Shown here: positions 50,629 to 60,704 of the stretch, one piece after another
Position numbering within the stretch: position 1 is the first letter of the stretch
Layout of the letters: each line of letters begins with the position of its first letter
Assembly: GCA_965261735.1 (NCBI GenBank)
Contig: OZ253470.1
Location: forward strand, 4,640,001-4,704,000
Source of the DNA: Alphaproteobacteria bacterium
GTDB lineage: Bacteria > Pseudomonadota > Alphaproteobacteria > SHVV01
Reading direction: 5' to 3'
Length of the DNA: 64,000 bases
The notes under the pieces: model-generated
What the model was told of the DNA's origin: nothing
Database searches by the model: none
What the model saw: the letters and a program-made list of their open reading frames with translations, nothing else
Position numbers and translations under genes: made by a program

Positions 50629-51329
50629 CCGGCAGGCTCTACGGTCTCGGGATCGGCCCCGGCGATCCCGAGCTCATCACGCTGAAGGCCCTGAAGCGCC
50701 TACGTGCCGCGCCCGTCATCGCCTATCCCGCGCCGCTCGCGGGCGACAGCCTGGCGCGCGCCATTGCCGCGCCGCACCTGCCCGGCGAACAGATGGAAAT
50801 CGCTATCCGCATGCCGATGGTAGCGGCACGCTTTCCGGCTCGCGAGGTCTACGATGACGCCGCGCGGCGCATTGGCGAACACCTCGCGGCGGGGCGCGAC
50901 GTCGCCGCGCTGTGCGAAGGTGACCCGTTCTTCTACGGCTCATTCATGTACCTCTTTGGGCGCCTTGCCGAGCGGTACCCTGTGGAGGTCGTGCCGGGGG
51001 TATCCTCCCTCACGGCCGCCGCCGCGGTCCTCGGCGCGCCCTTGGCCGCGCGCAACGATGCGCTGTCGGTACTGCCGGCGCCGCTCGGCGAGACCGAGCT
51101 GGTCAAGCGCCTCGAGGCGGTCGAGGCCGCCGCCATCATCAAGGTGGGCAAGCACATTGGCGGGGTGCGGCGGGCGCTGCGCACGCTCGGGCTCGAGGGT
51201 CGCGCCCGCTATGTCGAGCACGCGACCATGGCGAGCCAGCGCATCGTGCCGCTGTCGGAGGTCGACGAGGGCGCCGCCCCCTACTTCTCCATGGTGCTCG
51301 TACACCGTCGTGGCGACGCCTGGTCGTGA
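50625..51329 (+). CDS. cobI: Precorrin-2 C20-methyltransferase
   Basis: LYGLGIGPGDPELITLKA, LCEGDPFFYGSFMY, PYFSM. Confidence 0.93.
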   Translation: MTGRLYGLGIGPGDPELITLKALKRLRAAPVIAYPAPLAGDSLARAIAAPHLPGEQMEIAIRMPMVAARFPAREVYDDAARRIGEHLAAGRDVAALCEGDPFFYGSFMYLFGRLAERYPVEVVPGVSSLTAAAAVLGAPLAARNDALSVLPAPLGETELVKRLEAVEAAAIIKVGKHIGGVRRALRTLGLEGRARYVEHATMASQRIVPLSEVDEGAAPYFSMVLVHRRGDAWS

Positions 51330-53125
51330 AGCCGGTGCCGGCAATCCTCGTTCTCGGCCCGAGCGGGCTCGACACGGCTCGGCGTATCGCGACCGTATTG
51401 CCGGGAGCGAAGCTGCATGGGGTGGTGAGCCGGGTGGCTGCGGATGTCGCGGTCGCTTCGGTGGCGCCACACGTGCGCGCGCTTTTCGAGGCGGGGACGC
51501 CGATCATCGGCGTGTGCGCGGCCGGCGTGCTGATCCGTGCACTGGCGCCCGTGCTCGCCGATAAGCGGCGCGAGCCTGCGGTCGTCGCCGTCGCCGAGGA
51601 TGGCAGCGTCGCGATTCCGCTCCTCGGCGGCCACGGCGGCGCCAACGATCTCGCGCGCGCCATCGCCAGCGCGCTCGGCGCTAGCGCCGCCATCACCACC
51701 GCTGGGGATCTTCGTTTCGGCGTCGCCCTCGACACGCCTCCCCAAGGCTGGCACCTCGCCAACCCTGACGACGTGAAGGCCTTCAGCAGCGCGCTCCTTG
51801 CCGGTGCCCGGGTCCGCATCGAGGGGGCCGCGCCGTGGCTCGCAGCAAGCGACCTGCCGTTCGCGGACGGGGCCGAGCTGTGTTTGACGATCGGCACCGA
51901 AGTGGCCCGCGGTGGCGCCGCCAACCTCGTCTACCATCCGCGCTCGCTCGCCGTGGGCGTGGGCTGCGAGAGCGGTGCCGATCCGGGCGAGCTCATCGCC
52001 CTGGTGCACCGCGTGCTCGACGAGGCGGGGTTGGCGGAAGCTTCGGTCGCCGGGGTCTTTTCGCTCGATCTGAAGGCCGACGAGCCCGCCGTTCACCAGG
52101 CGGCGGCAGCGCTCGGTGTCGGCGCGCGGTTCTTCGCCGCCGCCGAACTGGAAGCGCTGACGCCGCGCCTCGCCAACCCCTCGCCGGCCGTCTACCGCGC
52201 GGTCGGCTGCCACGGCGTCGCCGAGGCCGCGGCCCTGGCCGCCGTGGGCGAGGAGGGGAGGCTCGTCGTTACCAAAACCAAGTCCGCCCGCGCGACCTGC
52301 GCCGTCGCGTGGGCACCGCACGTGATCGAGGCCGTGGCGCGCGGTCGGGCGCGCGGGTCGCTGGCGGTCGTCGGTATTGGGCCGGGCGATGCGCGATGGC
52401 GGACCTTCGAGGCCGAGGCGGCGCTCGCCGCCGCCACCGACGTCGTCGGCTACGGCGCCTACCTCGACCTCGTCGACCTGCCCGGCAAGAGCCTGCACGC
52501 GTTCGCTCTAGGCGAGGAGGAAGCGCGGGTCAGGTGCGCCCTCGACCTCGCCGCAAGAGGCCGCGCGGTCGCCCTGGTCTCCTCCGGCGATGCCGGCATC
52601 TACGCCATGGCGGCCCTTGTCTTCGAGCTCTGGGAGCGCGAGGAGCGGCCCGAGTGGCGGCGGGTCGCGATTTCCGTTTGCCCTGGCATATCGGCCCTGC
52701 AGGCGGCCGCAGCCCGTGCCGGCGCACCGCTCGGCCATGATTTCTGTACGATTTCGCTATCCGATCTGCTGACGCCGTGGCCCGAGATCGAGCGGCGCCT
52801 GGTCGCGGCGGCGACCGGCGATTTCGTGGTGGCGCTGTTCAACCCGGCTTCGCGGCGGCGCTTCTGGCAGCTCGCGCGGGCGCGCGACATCCTGCTGAGC
52901 CACCGCGCGCCGCAAACGCCGGTTGTGCTCGCACGCAATCTCGGCCGCACCGGCGAAACCGTGAGGGTAACGGCGCTCGGCGATCTGACGGGGGAAGACG
53001 CCGACATGCTGACGCTCGTGCTCGTCGGTTCCTCGACGACGCGGCGCGCGGCCGGTCGCCACGATACATGGGTTTACACGCCGCGCGGCTATGCCTCCAG
53101 GATCAAGCCGGAGGACGCGGCCTGA
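51326..53125 (+). CDS. cobJ: CbiG-CobJ fusion (precorrin-3B C17-methyltransferase with CbiG domains)
   Basis: N-terminal CbiG (EPAVVAV..DG...[23 protein letters not shown]) and C-terminal CobJ ([36 protein letters not shown]). Confidence 0.9.
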   Translation: MKPVPAILVLGPSGLDTARRIATVLPGAKLHGVVSRVAADVAVASVAPHVRALFEAGTPIIGVCAAGVLIRALAPVLADKRREPAVVAVAEDGSVAIPLLGGHGGANDLARAIASALGASAAITTAGDLRFGVALDTPPQGWHLANPDDVKAFSSALLAGARVRIEGAAPWLAASDLPFADGAELCLTIGTEVARGGAANLVYHPRSLAVGVGCESGADPGELIALVHRVLDEAGLAEASVAGVFSLDLKADEPAVHQAAAALGVGARFFAAAELEALTPRLANPSPAVYRAVGCHGVAEAAALAAVGEEGRLVVTKTKSARATCAVAWAPHVIEAVARGRARGSLAVVGIGPGDARWRTFEAEAALAAATDVVGYGAYLDLVDLPGKSLHAFALGEEEARVRCALDLAARGRAVALVSSGDAGIYAMAALVFELWEREERPEWRRVAISVCPGISALQAAAARAGAPLGHDFCTISLSDLLTPWPEIERRLVAAATGDFVVALFNPASRRRFWQLARARDILLSHRAPQTPVVLARNLGRTGETVRVTALGDLTGEDADMLTLVLVGSSTTRRAAGRHDTWVYTPRGYASRIKPEDAA

Positions 53126-53892
53126 CCGTCCACTTCATCGGGGCCGGCCCGGGTGCCGTCGATCTCATCACCGTGCGCGGGCGCGACCTGATCCGGCGCT
53201 CGCCGGTATGCCTCTACGCTGGCTCCCTAGTGCCCGAGGCCATCGTGGCCGAAGCGCCCGAGCGTGCGCGCGTGATCGACACCGCACCTCTCACGCTCGA
53301 TGAAATCATTAGCGAGATGGCGGCCGCGGCCGAAGCCGGCCTCAATGTCGCCCGGGTGCACTCGGGCGACCCGAGCCTCTACGGGGCCATCGGCGAGCAG
53401 ATGCGCCGGCTCGATTTACTCGGCATCGGCTACGACATCACGCCCGGCGTGCCGGCCTATACCGCCGCGGCGGCCGCGCTCGGGGTCGAGCTCACTTTGC
53501 CCGAGGTGAGCCAGACGGTCGTGCTAACGCGAACGTCGATGGCGAGCTCGCCCATGCCGCCAGGCGAGGAACTTGCCGTTCTGGCCGCCTCGCGATCGAC
53601 GCTCGCCATTCACCTGTCGATCCGCAACCTCAAGAAAGTCGTCACGGAATTGCTGCCGTTCTATGGCGCGGACTGCCCGGTCGCCGTCGTCCATCGCGCG
53701 AGTTGGCCGGACCAGCGCATCCTGCGCGCAACCCTCGCCGATATCCAACGCGAGGTTCGCGCCGCCAAGATCACGCGCACCGCCCTCATTCTCGTGGGCC
53801 GGGTGCTGGCGGCGTGTGACTTCACCGATAGCCGGCTTTACGACCCGCGGCATGCCCATCTGATGCGGCCGCGCCGAGGCGCTCGGCGATAG
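53122..53892 (+). CDS. cobM: Precorrin-4 C11-methyltransferase (apparent CTG start)
   Basis: [17 protein letters not shown], [31 protein letters not shown]. Confidence 0.92.
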   Translation: MTVHFIGAGPGAVDLITVRGRDLIRRSPVCLYAGSLVPEAIVAEAPERARVIDTAPLTLDEIISEMAAAAEAGLNVARVHSGDPSLYGAIGEQMRRLDLLGIGYDITPGVPAYTAAAAALGVELTLPEVSQTVVLTRTSMASSPMPPGEELAVLAASRSTLAIHLSIRNLKKVVTELLPFYGADCPVAVVHRASWPDQRILRATLADIQREVRAAKITRTALILVGRVLAACDFTDSRLYDPRHAHLMRPRRGARR

Positions 53893-54622
53893 CGGCCACC
53901 GCCCCGTCGACGTCGGCGACGCTTTCGCCCGCGGGTGCCGGCGGGCGCGCGATCATGATGACCGGGAGATGCGCCTCGCGCGCCGCCGCGATCTTGGCGT
54001 AGGTCGCGGACCCACCGCTGTTCTTGCTCACGAGTCCGGTGATGCGGTGTGCCGCGAGCAGCGCCCTTTCGCCCTCGAGCGTGAAGGGGCCGCGGCCGAG
54101 AATGAGCCGGTGGTGGGCGGGCGCCACCGGCGTCTCCGGCGGCTCGATCAGGCGGACCAGGAACCAGGCCGAATCGATGGTGGCGAACGGTGCTAACTCC
54201 TGGCGTCCAAGCGAGAGAAAGACACGCGCGCCGGCCTCAGCCACGCGAAGCGCTGCCGCGGCCGCATCCGGCACCTCGATCCAGCGATCGCCCGGCTCGC
54301 GCGGCCACGGCGGGCGGCACAGCGTCAGCCGGGGTACACGCGTCGCCGCGCACGCCGCCTCGGCATTGGCCGAAATGGTCGTCGCGAAGGGATGGGTCGC
54401 ATCGACGAGCAGATCGGTGCGCTGTTCGCGCAGGTACGCAGCTAAGCCCTCCGCGCCCTGGAAGCCCCCGACGCGCACCGAGCCGGCGAGCCGGCTCGGT
54501 GCGCGGGTGCGCCCCGCGAGCGACGAGGTAACCGCGATCGCGGGCTGCGCCGCCGCCCACGCCGCCAGCGCGGCGGCTTCCGCGGTGCCGCCAAGGATCA
54601 ACACCCGGAGCGGCTCAGCCAT
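53822..54622 (-). CDS. cobK: Precorrin-6A/cobalt-precorrin-6A reductase
   Basis: [36 protein letters not shown]...KI.AA. Confidence 0.92.
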   Translation of the reverse strand: MAEPLRVLILGGTAEAAALAAWAAAQPAIAVTSSLAGRTRAPSRLAGSVRVGGFQGAEGLAAYLREQRTDLLVDATHPFATTISANAEAACAATRVPRLTLCRPPWPREPGDRWIEVPDAAAAALRVAEAGARVFLSLGRQELAPFATIDSAWFLVRLIEPPETPVAPAHHRLILGRGPFTLEGERALLAAHRITGLVSKNSGGSATYAKIAAAREAHLPVIMIARPPAPAGESVADVDGAVAAIAERLGAAASDGHAAGRKAGYR

Positions 54623-55700
54623 CGGCACGGCCCACGAGCTCACCTCGCCGATCGAAGATCGCGACGCCCACATCGATGCCGCCGGCGAGCGTCGCCAGCG
54701 CCGTCTCGCGGGCGCACGCGGCGACGCGGTCGGCGAGGGGTAAGCCAGCAGCCCGTACGAGGGCCAGGATTTCGCCGGCGCTGGCGGCGCCCGCGATCGC
54801 GCGGACAATGCCCCCGGCACTCTCGGGATCGGCAGCCAGCGCCGCGAACCAGGCGGGATCGATGGCGCTCCGGTCCGAGTGAAGGTCGAGGTAGCCCATC
54901 CCGAGCTTGGCGATCTTGGCGAAGCCTCCCGCGATCGTGAGCCGCGGGATCGAGTGACGACGCAGATATTTGAGCGTGCCGCCGGCAAAATCGCCCATGT
55001 CGATCAACGCCTCCTCGGGTAGGCCAAGCAGGCGCTGGGCTGCCCTCTCAGACACAGATCCCGTGCACGCCGCGACATGTTCGATTCCGGCGGCCCGTGC
55101 GACATCGATCCCGCGATGGATCGAGTGTATCCACGATGCGCACGAGTAGGGGATGACGACCCCGGTCGTGCCGATGATGGACAATCCGCCCTTGATGCCC
55201 AGGCGGGCGTTGGTCGTTCGCTCGGCCAGCGTCGCGCCGCCCGGGATGGCGATTTCGACCTCGATGTCCGGCGCCGCGTCATGGCGAGCCGCTATGGCTG
55301 CGGCCGCGTCCCGCATCATGCGCCGCGGCGCCGGGTTGATGGCCGGCTCGCCGACCGCGAGTTCGAGGCCGGGCCGGGTAACGATGCCCACTCCCTCGCC
55401 CGCGCGGAACGTGGCGCCCGAGCCGGGCGCGCCCCGGCGCACGGTCGCTACGACAAGGCACCCGTGCGTGACGTCGGGGTCATCGCCCGCATCCTTGACG
55501 ACGGCGGCCATCGCCTCGTCCGGCGCGAGAGCCTCGCGCGCCAGGGCGAAGCTCGGCGCCTCGCCGCGGGGCAGGGTGATGGTGACGGGGTCGGGGAAGG
55601 CGCCGGTCAACAGAGCCTCGTAGGCGGCGCTGCTCGCCGCCGTGGCGCAGGCGCCCGTGGTCCAGCCGCGGCGCAGCGAGCCGCTCGGTTTTCGCACCAT
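54615..55700 (-). CDS. cbiD: Cobalt-precorrin-5B C1-methyltransferase
   Basis: LRRGWTTGACA, KDAGDDPDVTHG, PAINP.PR, N.RLGI.GGLSIIGTTG, MGDF.G. Confidence 0.94.
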   Translation of the reverse strand: MVRKPSGSLRRGWTTGACATAASSAAYEALLTGAFPDPVTITLPRGEAPSFALAREALAPDEAMAAVVKDAGDDPDVTHGCLVVATVRRGAPGSGATFRAGEGVGIVTRPGLELAVGEPAINPAPRRMMRDAAAAIAARHDAAPDIEVEIAIPGGATLAERTTNARLGIKGGLSIIGTTGVVIPYSCASWIHSIHRGIDVARAAGIEHVAACTGSVSERAAQRLLGLPEEALIDMGDFAGGTLKYLRRHSIPRLTIAGGFAKIAKLGMGYLDLHSDRSAIDPAWFAALAADPESAGGIVRAIAGAASAGEILALVRAAGLPLADRVAACARETALATLAGGIDVGVAIFDRRGELVGRADG

Positions 55701-55775
55701 GCGCGGAGTGTAGCGAGGCACGCGCGTCCGTGGCTAGCGGGCCCGGCGCCGCATGTGCGACAATCGTGGCCTGCC

Positions 55776-56573
55776 ATGGATCGGTTGATTCCCGACTTGC
55801 CGGAGTTCGCGCCGGGTTCGGTGTGGCTCGCGGGGGCGGGCCCCGGCGATCCTGGACTACTGACGGTGCACGCGCTCGCGGCGCTCGGAGCCGCCGAGGT
55901 GGTGATCTACGACGCGTTGGTGAGTAAGGGCATTCTCCGACTGGCGAACCCCGGGGCGGCGCTCGAGTTTGCGGGTAAACGCGGCGGGCGCCCGTCGGCT
56001 CACCAGGGCGATATCTCGGCCCGCCTCATAGAGCTTGCCCGACAGGACAAGCGGGTCTTGCGCCTCAAGGGCGGCGACCCGTTCATTTTCGGGCGCGGCG
56101 CCGAGGAGGCCGCGGCGCTGTCGGCGGCCGGCGTGCCCTTTCGCATCGTTCCGGGCATCTCGGCGGGTATCGGCGGCCTCGCCTACGCCGGTATCCCGCT
56201 CACCCACCGCGATACCAACGCCGCTGTCGCCTTTGTCACCGGGCACACCTCAGCCGGCCATGGGCCAGATCGTGTCGATTGGGCGGCTCTTGCCCGGGGC
56301 GCACCGGTTCTCGTCGTCTACATGCCGCTCCGCAACCTCGCCGCGATCGCCGACTCCCTCCTCGCGGCCGGGCGCGGTGGCGAGGAGCCCGTCGCCATCG
56401 TCTGCAACGCGAGCCTGCCGGACCAACTGGTGATAGAGACAACCCTTGGTGCCTGCGCCGAGGAGGCGGCCGCGCAGGGTGCGACGCCCCCGGCGCTCGT
56501 CGTTGTCGGCGAGGTCGTGGGGATGCGCGGGAGCCTGGATTGGTTCATCGCACCGGCGGCCGCGCACACCTGA
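55776..56573 (+). CDS. cobA: Uroporphyrinogen-III C-methyltransferase
   Basis: VWLAGAGPGDPGLLT, GKRGG, RLKGGDPFIFGRG.EE, GIPLTHR. Confidence 0.93.
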   Translation: MDRLIPDLPEFAPGSVWLAGAGPGDPGLLTVHALAALGAAEVVIYDALVSKGILRLANPGAALEFAGKRGGRPSAHQGDISARLIELARQDKRVLRLKGGDPFIFGRGAEEAAALSAAGVPFRIVPGISAGIGGLAYAGIPLTHRDTNAAVAFVTGHTSAGHGPDRVDWAALARGAPVLVVYMPLRNLAAIADSLLAAGRGGEEPVAIVCNASLPDQLVIETTLGACAEEAAAQGATPPALVVVGEVVGMRGSLDWFIAPAAAHT

Positions 56574-57886
56574 TGGGGCAGAGCGCCCCAGCGTTCGTGA
56601 TCGGGGCGCCGGCGTCGGGGAGCGGTAAGACACTGCTTACGCTGGCGCTCCTGCGCCATTTCAGGAACGCCGGTCTGGCGGTGTCCTCGTTCAAGGTCGG
56701 CCCCGACTACGTCGATCCCACCTTCCACGCCGCGGCCAGCGGGCGCGCGTGCACCAACCTCGATCCCTGGGCGATGCGGCCCGAGACACTTCTCGCCCTC
56801 GCCGCGGCCGCCGGCGGCGGCGCCGACCTCCTCATCGGCGAGGGCGTCATGGGCCTGTTCGACGGTGCCCCGGACGGTACCGGGTCGACCGCCGACCTGG
56901 CGGTGCTCACCGGTTGGCCCGTGATCCTCGTCGTCGACGTGGGTGGCCAGGCGGCCTCGGCCGCGGCCGTGGTGCACGGCTTTGCCAGCTACCGTCCCGA
57001 TGTCGGCATCGCCGGTGTGGTCTTCAATCGTGTCGGCGGGTCGGGCCACGTCGAGACCCTGCGCGAAGCCTGCGCGGGGCTCGGGATTCCGGTGCTCGGC
57101 GCCATCCCCACGGCCCCCGAGGCGGAGTTGCCCGAGCGCCACCTCGGGCTGGTGCCGGCACACGAACACGGCCAACTCGACGGCATTCTCGACGGGGCGG
57201 CGCGCCTCGTCGGGCGCTACGTCGATACCGCGGCCGTGCGTGCGCTCGCCCGCCCCGCCGAGTTTGCGCCGGGGCCCCGCGACGCCCCACTGCCAGCGCT
57301 CGGCCGGCGCATCGCGGTGGCGCGGGACGCGGCCTTTGCGTTCTCCTATCCGTTCGTTCTCGAGGGCTGGCGCCGCGCAGGTGCCGAGATCATGACGTTT
57401 TCGCCGCTTGACGACGAGGCGCCTGACGCGGCGGCCGACGCCGTCTACCTCCCGGGCGGTTATCCCGAGCTTCACGCGCCGCGCCTCGCGGCGAACGCCG
57501 GCTTCCTAGGCGGCCTGCGGGCGGCCGCCGCGCGCGGGGCGACGGTGTATGGCGAGTGCGGCGGCTACATGGTCCTGGGCGAAGTCCTGATCGATGCAGG
57601 AGGGGTGCGCCACGCCATGGCAGGCTTGCTCGCGCTCGAGACGTCGTTTGCCGAGCGCAGGCTCCACCTCGGCTATCGCCAGGCACGGCTCACGGATGCG
57701 AGCGCGCTAGGTGTCGCCGGCGCCGCCTTTCGCGGCCACGAGTTCCACTATGCGGCGGTGGTCCGCGAACGCCCCGCGGCGCCCCTCTTCCAGTGCCGCG
57801 ACGCACGCGGCCGCGAGACCGGTGCGACCGGCGCCCGCCGTGCCAACGTGATGGGCTCGTTCATCCACCTGATCGACCGCGCCTAG
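56573..57886 (+). CDS. cobB: Cobyrinate/hydrogenobyrinate a,c-diamide synthase
   Basis: SGSGKT, FKVGPDYVD, EGVMGLFDG, ERHLGL, GGYPEL, ECGGYM, GHEFHY. Confidence 0.94.
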   Translation: MGQSAPAFVIGAPASGSGKTLLTLALLRHFRNAGLAVSSFKVGPDYVDPTFHAAASGRACTNLDPWAMRPETLLALAAAAGGGADLLIGEGVMGLFDGAPDGTGSTADLAVLTGWPVILVVDVGGQAASAAAVVHGFASYRPDVGIAGVVFNRVGGSGHVETLREACAGLGIPVLGAIPTAPEAELPERHLGLVPAHEHGQLDGILDGAARLVGRYVDTAAVRALARPAEFAPGPRDAPLPALGRRIAVARDAAFAFSYPFVLEGWRRAGAEIMTFSPLDDEAPDAAADAVYLPGGYPELHAPRLAANAGFLGGLRAAAARGATVYGECGGYMVLGEVLIDAGGVRHAMAGLLALETSFAERRLHLGYRQARLTDASALGVAGAAFRGHEFHYAAVVRERPAAPLFQCRDARGRETGATGARRANVMGSFIHLIDRA

Positions 57887-57895
57887 GCGCGTTGA

Positions 57896-58576
57896 TCAGG
57901 TGGCGGCAAGCCGGCGGTAGGCGAAGCCTGCGACTCCGCCCACGGTAAGCCAGAACAGGAGATTGGTCACAAGGGTCGCCGATACGAACGCGGCCGCCAG
58001 CTCGGCCGGCACCAAGCCCGCCCAGGCCTCGGGGTGCGGCGCGCCGATGACATGCGGCAGGATGAGGAGCCCAGCGCCGAGCGCCTTGAACGCGGCGTGG
58101 CGGGCGAATACGAGGAGTGTGAGCCCGGCGGCGCTGGCGCTGACGGTGCCGAGCCACCAGATCTGCCGCGCGGCTACATCGCCGGCGGCCATGCCGGGAA
58201 GTTCCGGCGGCAGGCCGAGGGCGGGCGCGAGATGAAACGCGAGGAAGCCGCCCAGCCCCCACAGGAGCCCGCGCCGCCAGTCGACGCCGCCATAGAGCGC
58301 AAACGCGGCGACCAGCAGAAACGCGAACCCGACGCCGAGGAGGACGTTAGCGAGCACGGTATAGGCGATGCGCTCTGCGCCCTCCGCGGGCGCCCATTCC
58401 TCGTCGTCAGCGGCGTGGTCGTGGTCTTCGCTCGCGCTGCTCGCCGAGGGCGCCGCAACCTCGTAGCGCTCGGCCTCGATGATCAGCGGCGTTACCCTGG
58501 TCGCCTGCAGGGCGCTGACCAGAAGGCCACCGACGAGGCCCGCGAGCAGCGCCGAGAATACGATCTCGCGCAGCAT
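57896..58576 (-). CDS. cbtA: Cobalt transporter subunit CbtA
   Basis: PLI..AE.YE, His patch, WAPAEG.ER, LAPALGLPPELPG, RQIWW, PH.IGAP. Confidence 0.9.
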   Translation of the reverse strand: MLREIVFSALLAGLVGGLLVSALQATRVTPLIIEAERYEVAAPSASSASEDHDHAADDEEWAPAEGAERIAYTVLANVLLGVGFAFLLVAAFALYGGVDWRRGLLWGLGGFLAFHLAPALGLPPELPGMAAGDVAARQIWWLGTVSASAAGLTLLVFARHAAFKALGAGLLILPHVIGAPHPEAWAGLVPAELAAAFVSATLVTNLLFWLTVGGVAGFAYRRLAAT

Positions 58577-58579
58577 AGC

Positions 58580-58750
58580 TCAGTGGCAGGGAAAGCCGAG
58601 GGCGTGCCGTGAATCGTGCGCAGCGTTGTGGAGCGTCGCCGAGTTGGCGATGCCGGCACCGTAGATCAGCAGCGCGCCAAAAAGGATCGCCGCGACGATC
58701 GATCCGACCCTCATCCATGGCGTCGCGCTTAGCGCTTTTGTCGTGGCCAT
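58580..58750 (-). CDS. cbtB: Cobalt transporter subunit CbtB
   Basis: One TM helix then HNAAHDSRHALGFPCH. Confidence 0.9.
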   Translation of the reverse strand: MATTKALSATPWMRVGSIVAAILFGALLIYGAGIANSATLHNAAHDSRHALGFPCH

Positions 58751-58818
58751 CCGCCGATCACCCTTGTTGATTTGACCGCCGCCGAATCTTAGCGCCAGCC
58801 CATCTGGGGAGCAAGCCG

Positions 58819-59607
58819 TCAAGCGCCGGCCGCGGACGCGAGGCCGGCGAGAAACAGCGCTTCGGCGGCCTGTTGGCCGGCGCCGAGCACATCGCCGGTC
58901 TGTCCGCCGAGATGGCGACGGGCGAGGGCACTGACGGCGGCGGCGGCGAGGGCCGCGACGACGACGCCAGCCACGAGGGCGCCGAAATCGAGCCAGAGCA
59001 GCGCCGCCGCGGCGATCGCCGTTGCGGCGATGGCGCGGGTACGCTCAGGCCGTCCCGCCTGGGCGCCGAGCCCATCGGCGCGGGCAGGCGCCAGGCCATG
59101 CATCATCCACACGACGGCGGCACGCGAAACGGCGCCCGCGGCAATGAGCACGCCGACCACCGCCGCCGGCTCGGCCACGGCGGCGATGGCGGCGATGCGC
59201 GCCGCGAGACCAAGCACGAGGGCGATAACGCCATAGGTGCCGATACGGGCGTCGCGCATGATCGCGAGCTTGCGCCGGCGCGTTGGCCCGCCGAGCGCGT
59301 CCGCGAAGTCGCCGAGGCCGTCCTCGTGGAGCGCCCCCGTGGCCCAAATCTGGGCTCCGACCGCGGCAATGGCGGCGAGCGGCGCGGGTGCGCCGAGCAC
59401 GTGCGCGAGGCCAAAGGCGCCGGCGCCGAGGAGGCCCACGCCCATGCCCACGAGAGGAAAAGACCAGGCGGCCGCGGCCAACCGACCGGCGGCCGGCGGG
59501 GCAACGCCAAGCGATAGCCGGGTGAGAAAGCTCGCGGCAACGCGCACATCCTCGGCCCAGCCGTCGCCGGTGGAGTCGGGCCCGTGCTCTTCGTTCTTTG
59601 TCGTCAT
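58819..59607 (-). CDS. cobS: Adenosylcobinamide-GDP ribazoletransferase (CobS; CobV in P. denitrificans)
   Basis: FLTRL, FPLVG, TGALHEDGL.DFAD, IMRD.RIG.YG, GGQTGDVLGA. Confidence 0.92.
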   Translation of the reverse strand: MTTKNEEHGPDSTGDGWAEDVRVAASFLTRLSLGVAPPAAGRLAAAAWSFPLVGMGVGLLGAGAFGLAHVLGAPAPLAAIAAVGAQIWATGALHEDGLGDFADALGGPTRRRKLAIMRDARIGTYGVIALVLGLAARIAAIAAVAEPAAVVGVLIAAGAVSRAAVVWMMHGLAPARADGLGAQAGRPERTRAIAATAIAAAALLWLDFGALVAGVVVAALAAAAVSALARRHLGGQTGDVLGAGQQAAEALFLAGLASAAGA

Positions 59608-59678
59608 CGCGGGGTCTGCCCGAATGCGCAGGGCGCGCTGTATGATGCCGGCCATTGGGGCTCAGCTAGGGGGAAAGC

Positions 59679-60704
59679 GTGGCGCTCGCGAAGCCGGTAA
59701 ATGGCGAGGACATTCGCGCTCTCGTGGCGGCCCTGCCGGGTCCCGACACGGCGAGCGCACGCGCCGTCGAGCGTCGCGATGCGATGCTCACCAAACCCGC
59801 GGGCGCGCTCGGCCGCCTCGAGGAGATCGCCGTGTGGCTCGCGGCCTGGCAGCGCCGCCATCCGCCGGCCGTCGAGCGCGTGAAGGTGCTCGTCTTCGCT
59901 GGGAATCATGGCGTCGCCGCGCGCGGCGTGTCGGCCTACCCGGCCGCCGTCACCGCGCAGATGGTGGCGAACTTCGACGCCGGGGGTGCGGCCGTCAATC
60001 AGCTCGTTGGCGCCGTCGGCGCCGAGCTTGCGGTGCACGCGCTGTCGCTCGAGCACCCGACCGCCGACATCACGACGGCGCCGGCGATGAGCGACACCGA
60101 GTGCGCCGCGGCCGTGGCGTTCGGCATGGAACAGGTGGAGGCGGACATCGACCTGCTGTGCGTCGGCGAGATGGGCATCGGCAATACCACCGTGGCCAGC
60201 GCGCTGTGCCACGCCCTCCATGGCGGCGCGGCGGCCGACTGGGTGGGGTCGGGGAGCGGCATCGACGATGCCGGCCTCGAGCGCAAGCTCGGTGCCGTCG
60301 AGGCGGCGATCGCGACGCACCGTACCACGCTCTCCGACCCGGTGGCCGTCCTCGCGCGCCTGGGCGGGCGCGAGCTCGCGGCGATTGCGGGCGCTGTCAT
60401 TGCAGCGCGCCTCGAAGGCGTACCGGTGCTGCTCGACGGCTTCGTCGCGACCGCGGCGGTGGCGCCGCTTGCGGCCCTCAATCCGTCGGCCCTGGATCAT
60501 TGCCTGGCCGCGCATCGCTCGGCCGAGGCCGCGCACGGCCGGCTGCTCGACGCGCTCGGCAAGCAGCCGCTTCTCGATCTCGGCATGCGCCTCGGCGAGG
60601 CTTCGGGTGCTGCCCTGGCGGCATCGATCGTCAAGGCGGCGGCGGCGGTGCACGGCGGCATGGCGACGTTTGGGCAGGCCGGGGTGAGCGAGCGCTCGCG
60701 CTAG
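59679..60704 (+). CDS. cobT: Nicotinate-nucleotide-dimethylbenzimidazole phosphoribosyltransferase
   Basis: LTKP.GALGRLE, FAGNHG, GEMGIGNTT, GGRE, LDGF, MRLGE.SGA, MATF..AGV. Confidence 0.94.
   Translation: MALAKPVNGEDIRALVAALPGPDTASARAVERRDAMLTKPAGALGRLEEIAVWLAAWQRRHPPAVERVKVLVFAGNHGVAARGVSAYPAAVTAQMVANFDAGGAAVNQLVGAVGAELAVHALSLEHPTADITTAPAMSDTECAAAVAFGMEQVEADIDLLCVGEMGIGNTTVASALCHALHGGAAADWVGSGSGIDDAGLERKLGAVEAAIATHRTTLSDPVAVLARLGGRELAAIAGAVIAARLEGVPVLLDGFVATAAVAPLAALNPSALDHCLAAHRSAEAAHGRLLDALGKQPLLDLGMRLGEASGAALAASIVKAAAAVHGGMATFGQAGVSERSR

Noticed and set aside
58751-58818. Second B12 riboswitch ahead of cbtBA
   Set aside because: Only about 70 bp separate cobS from cbtB and no B12-box is present.
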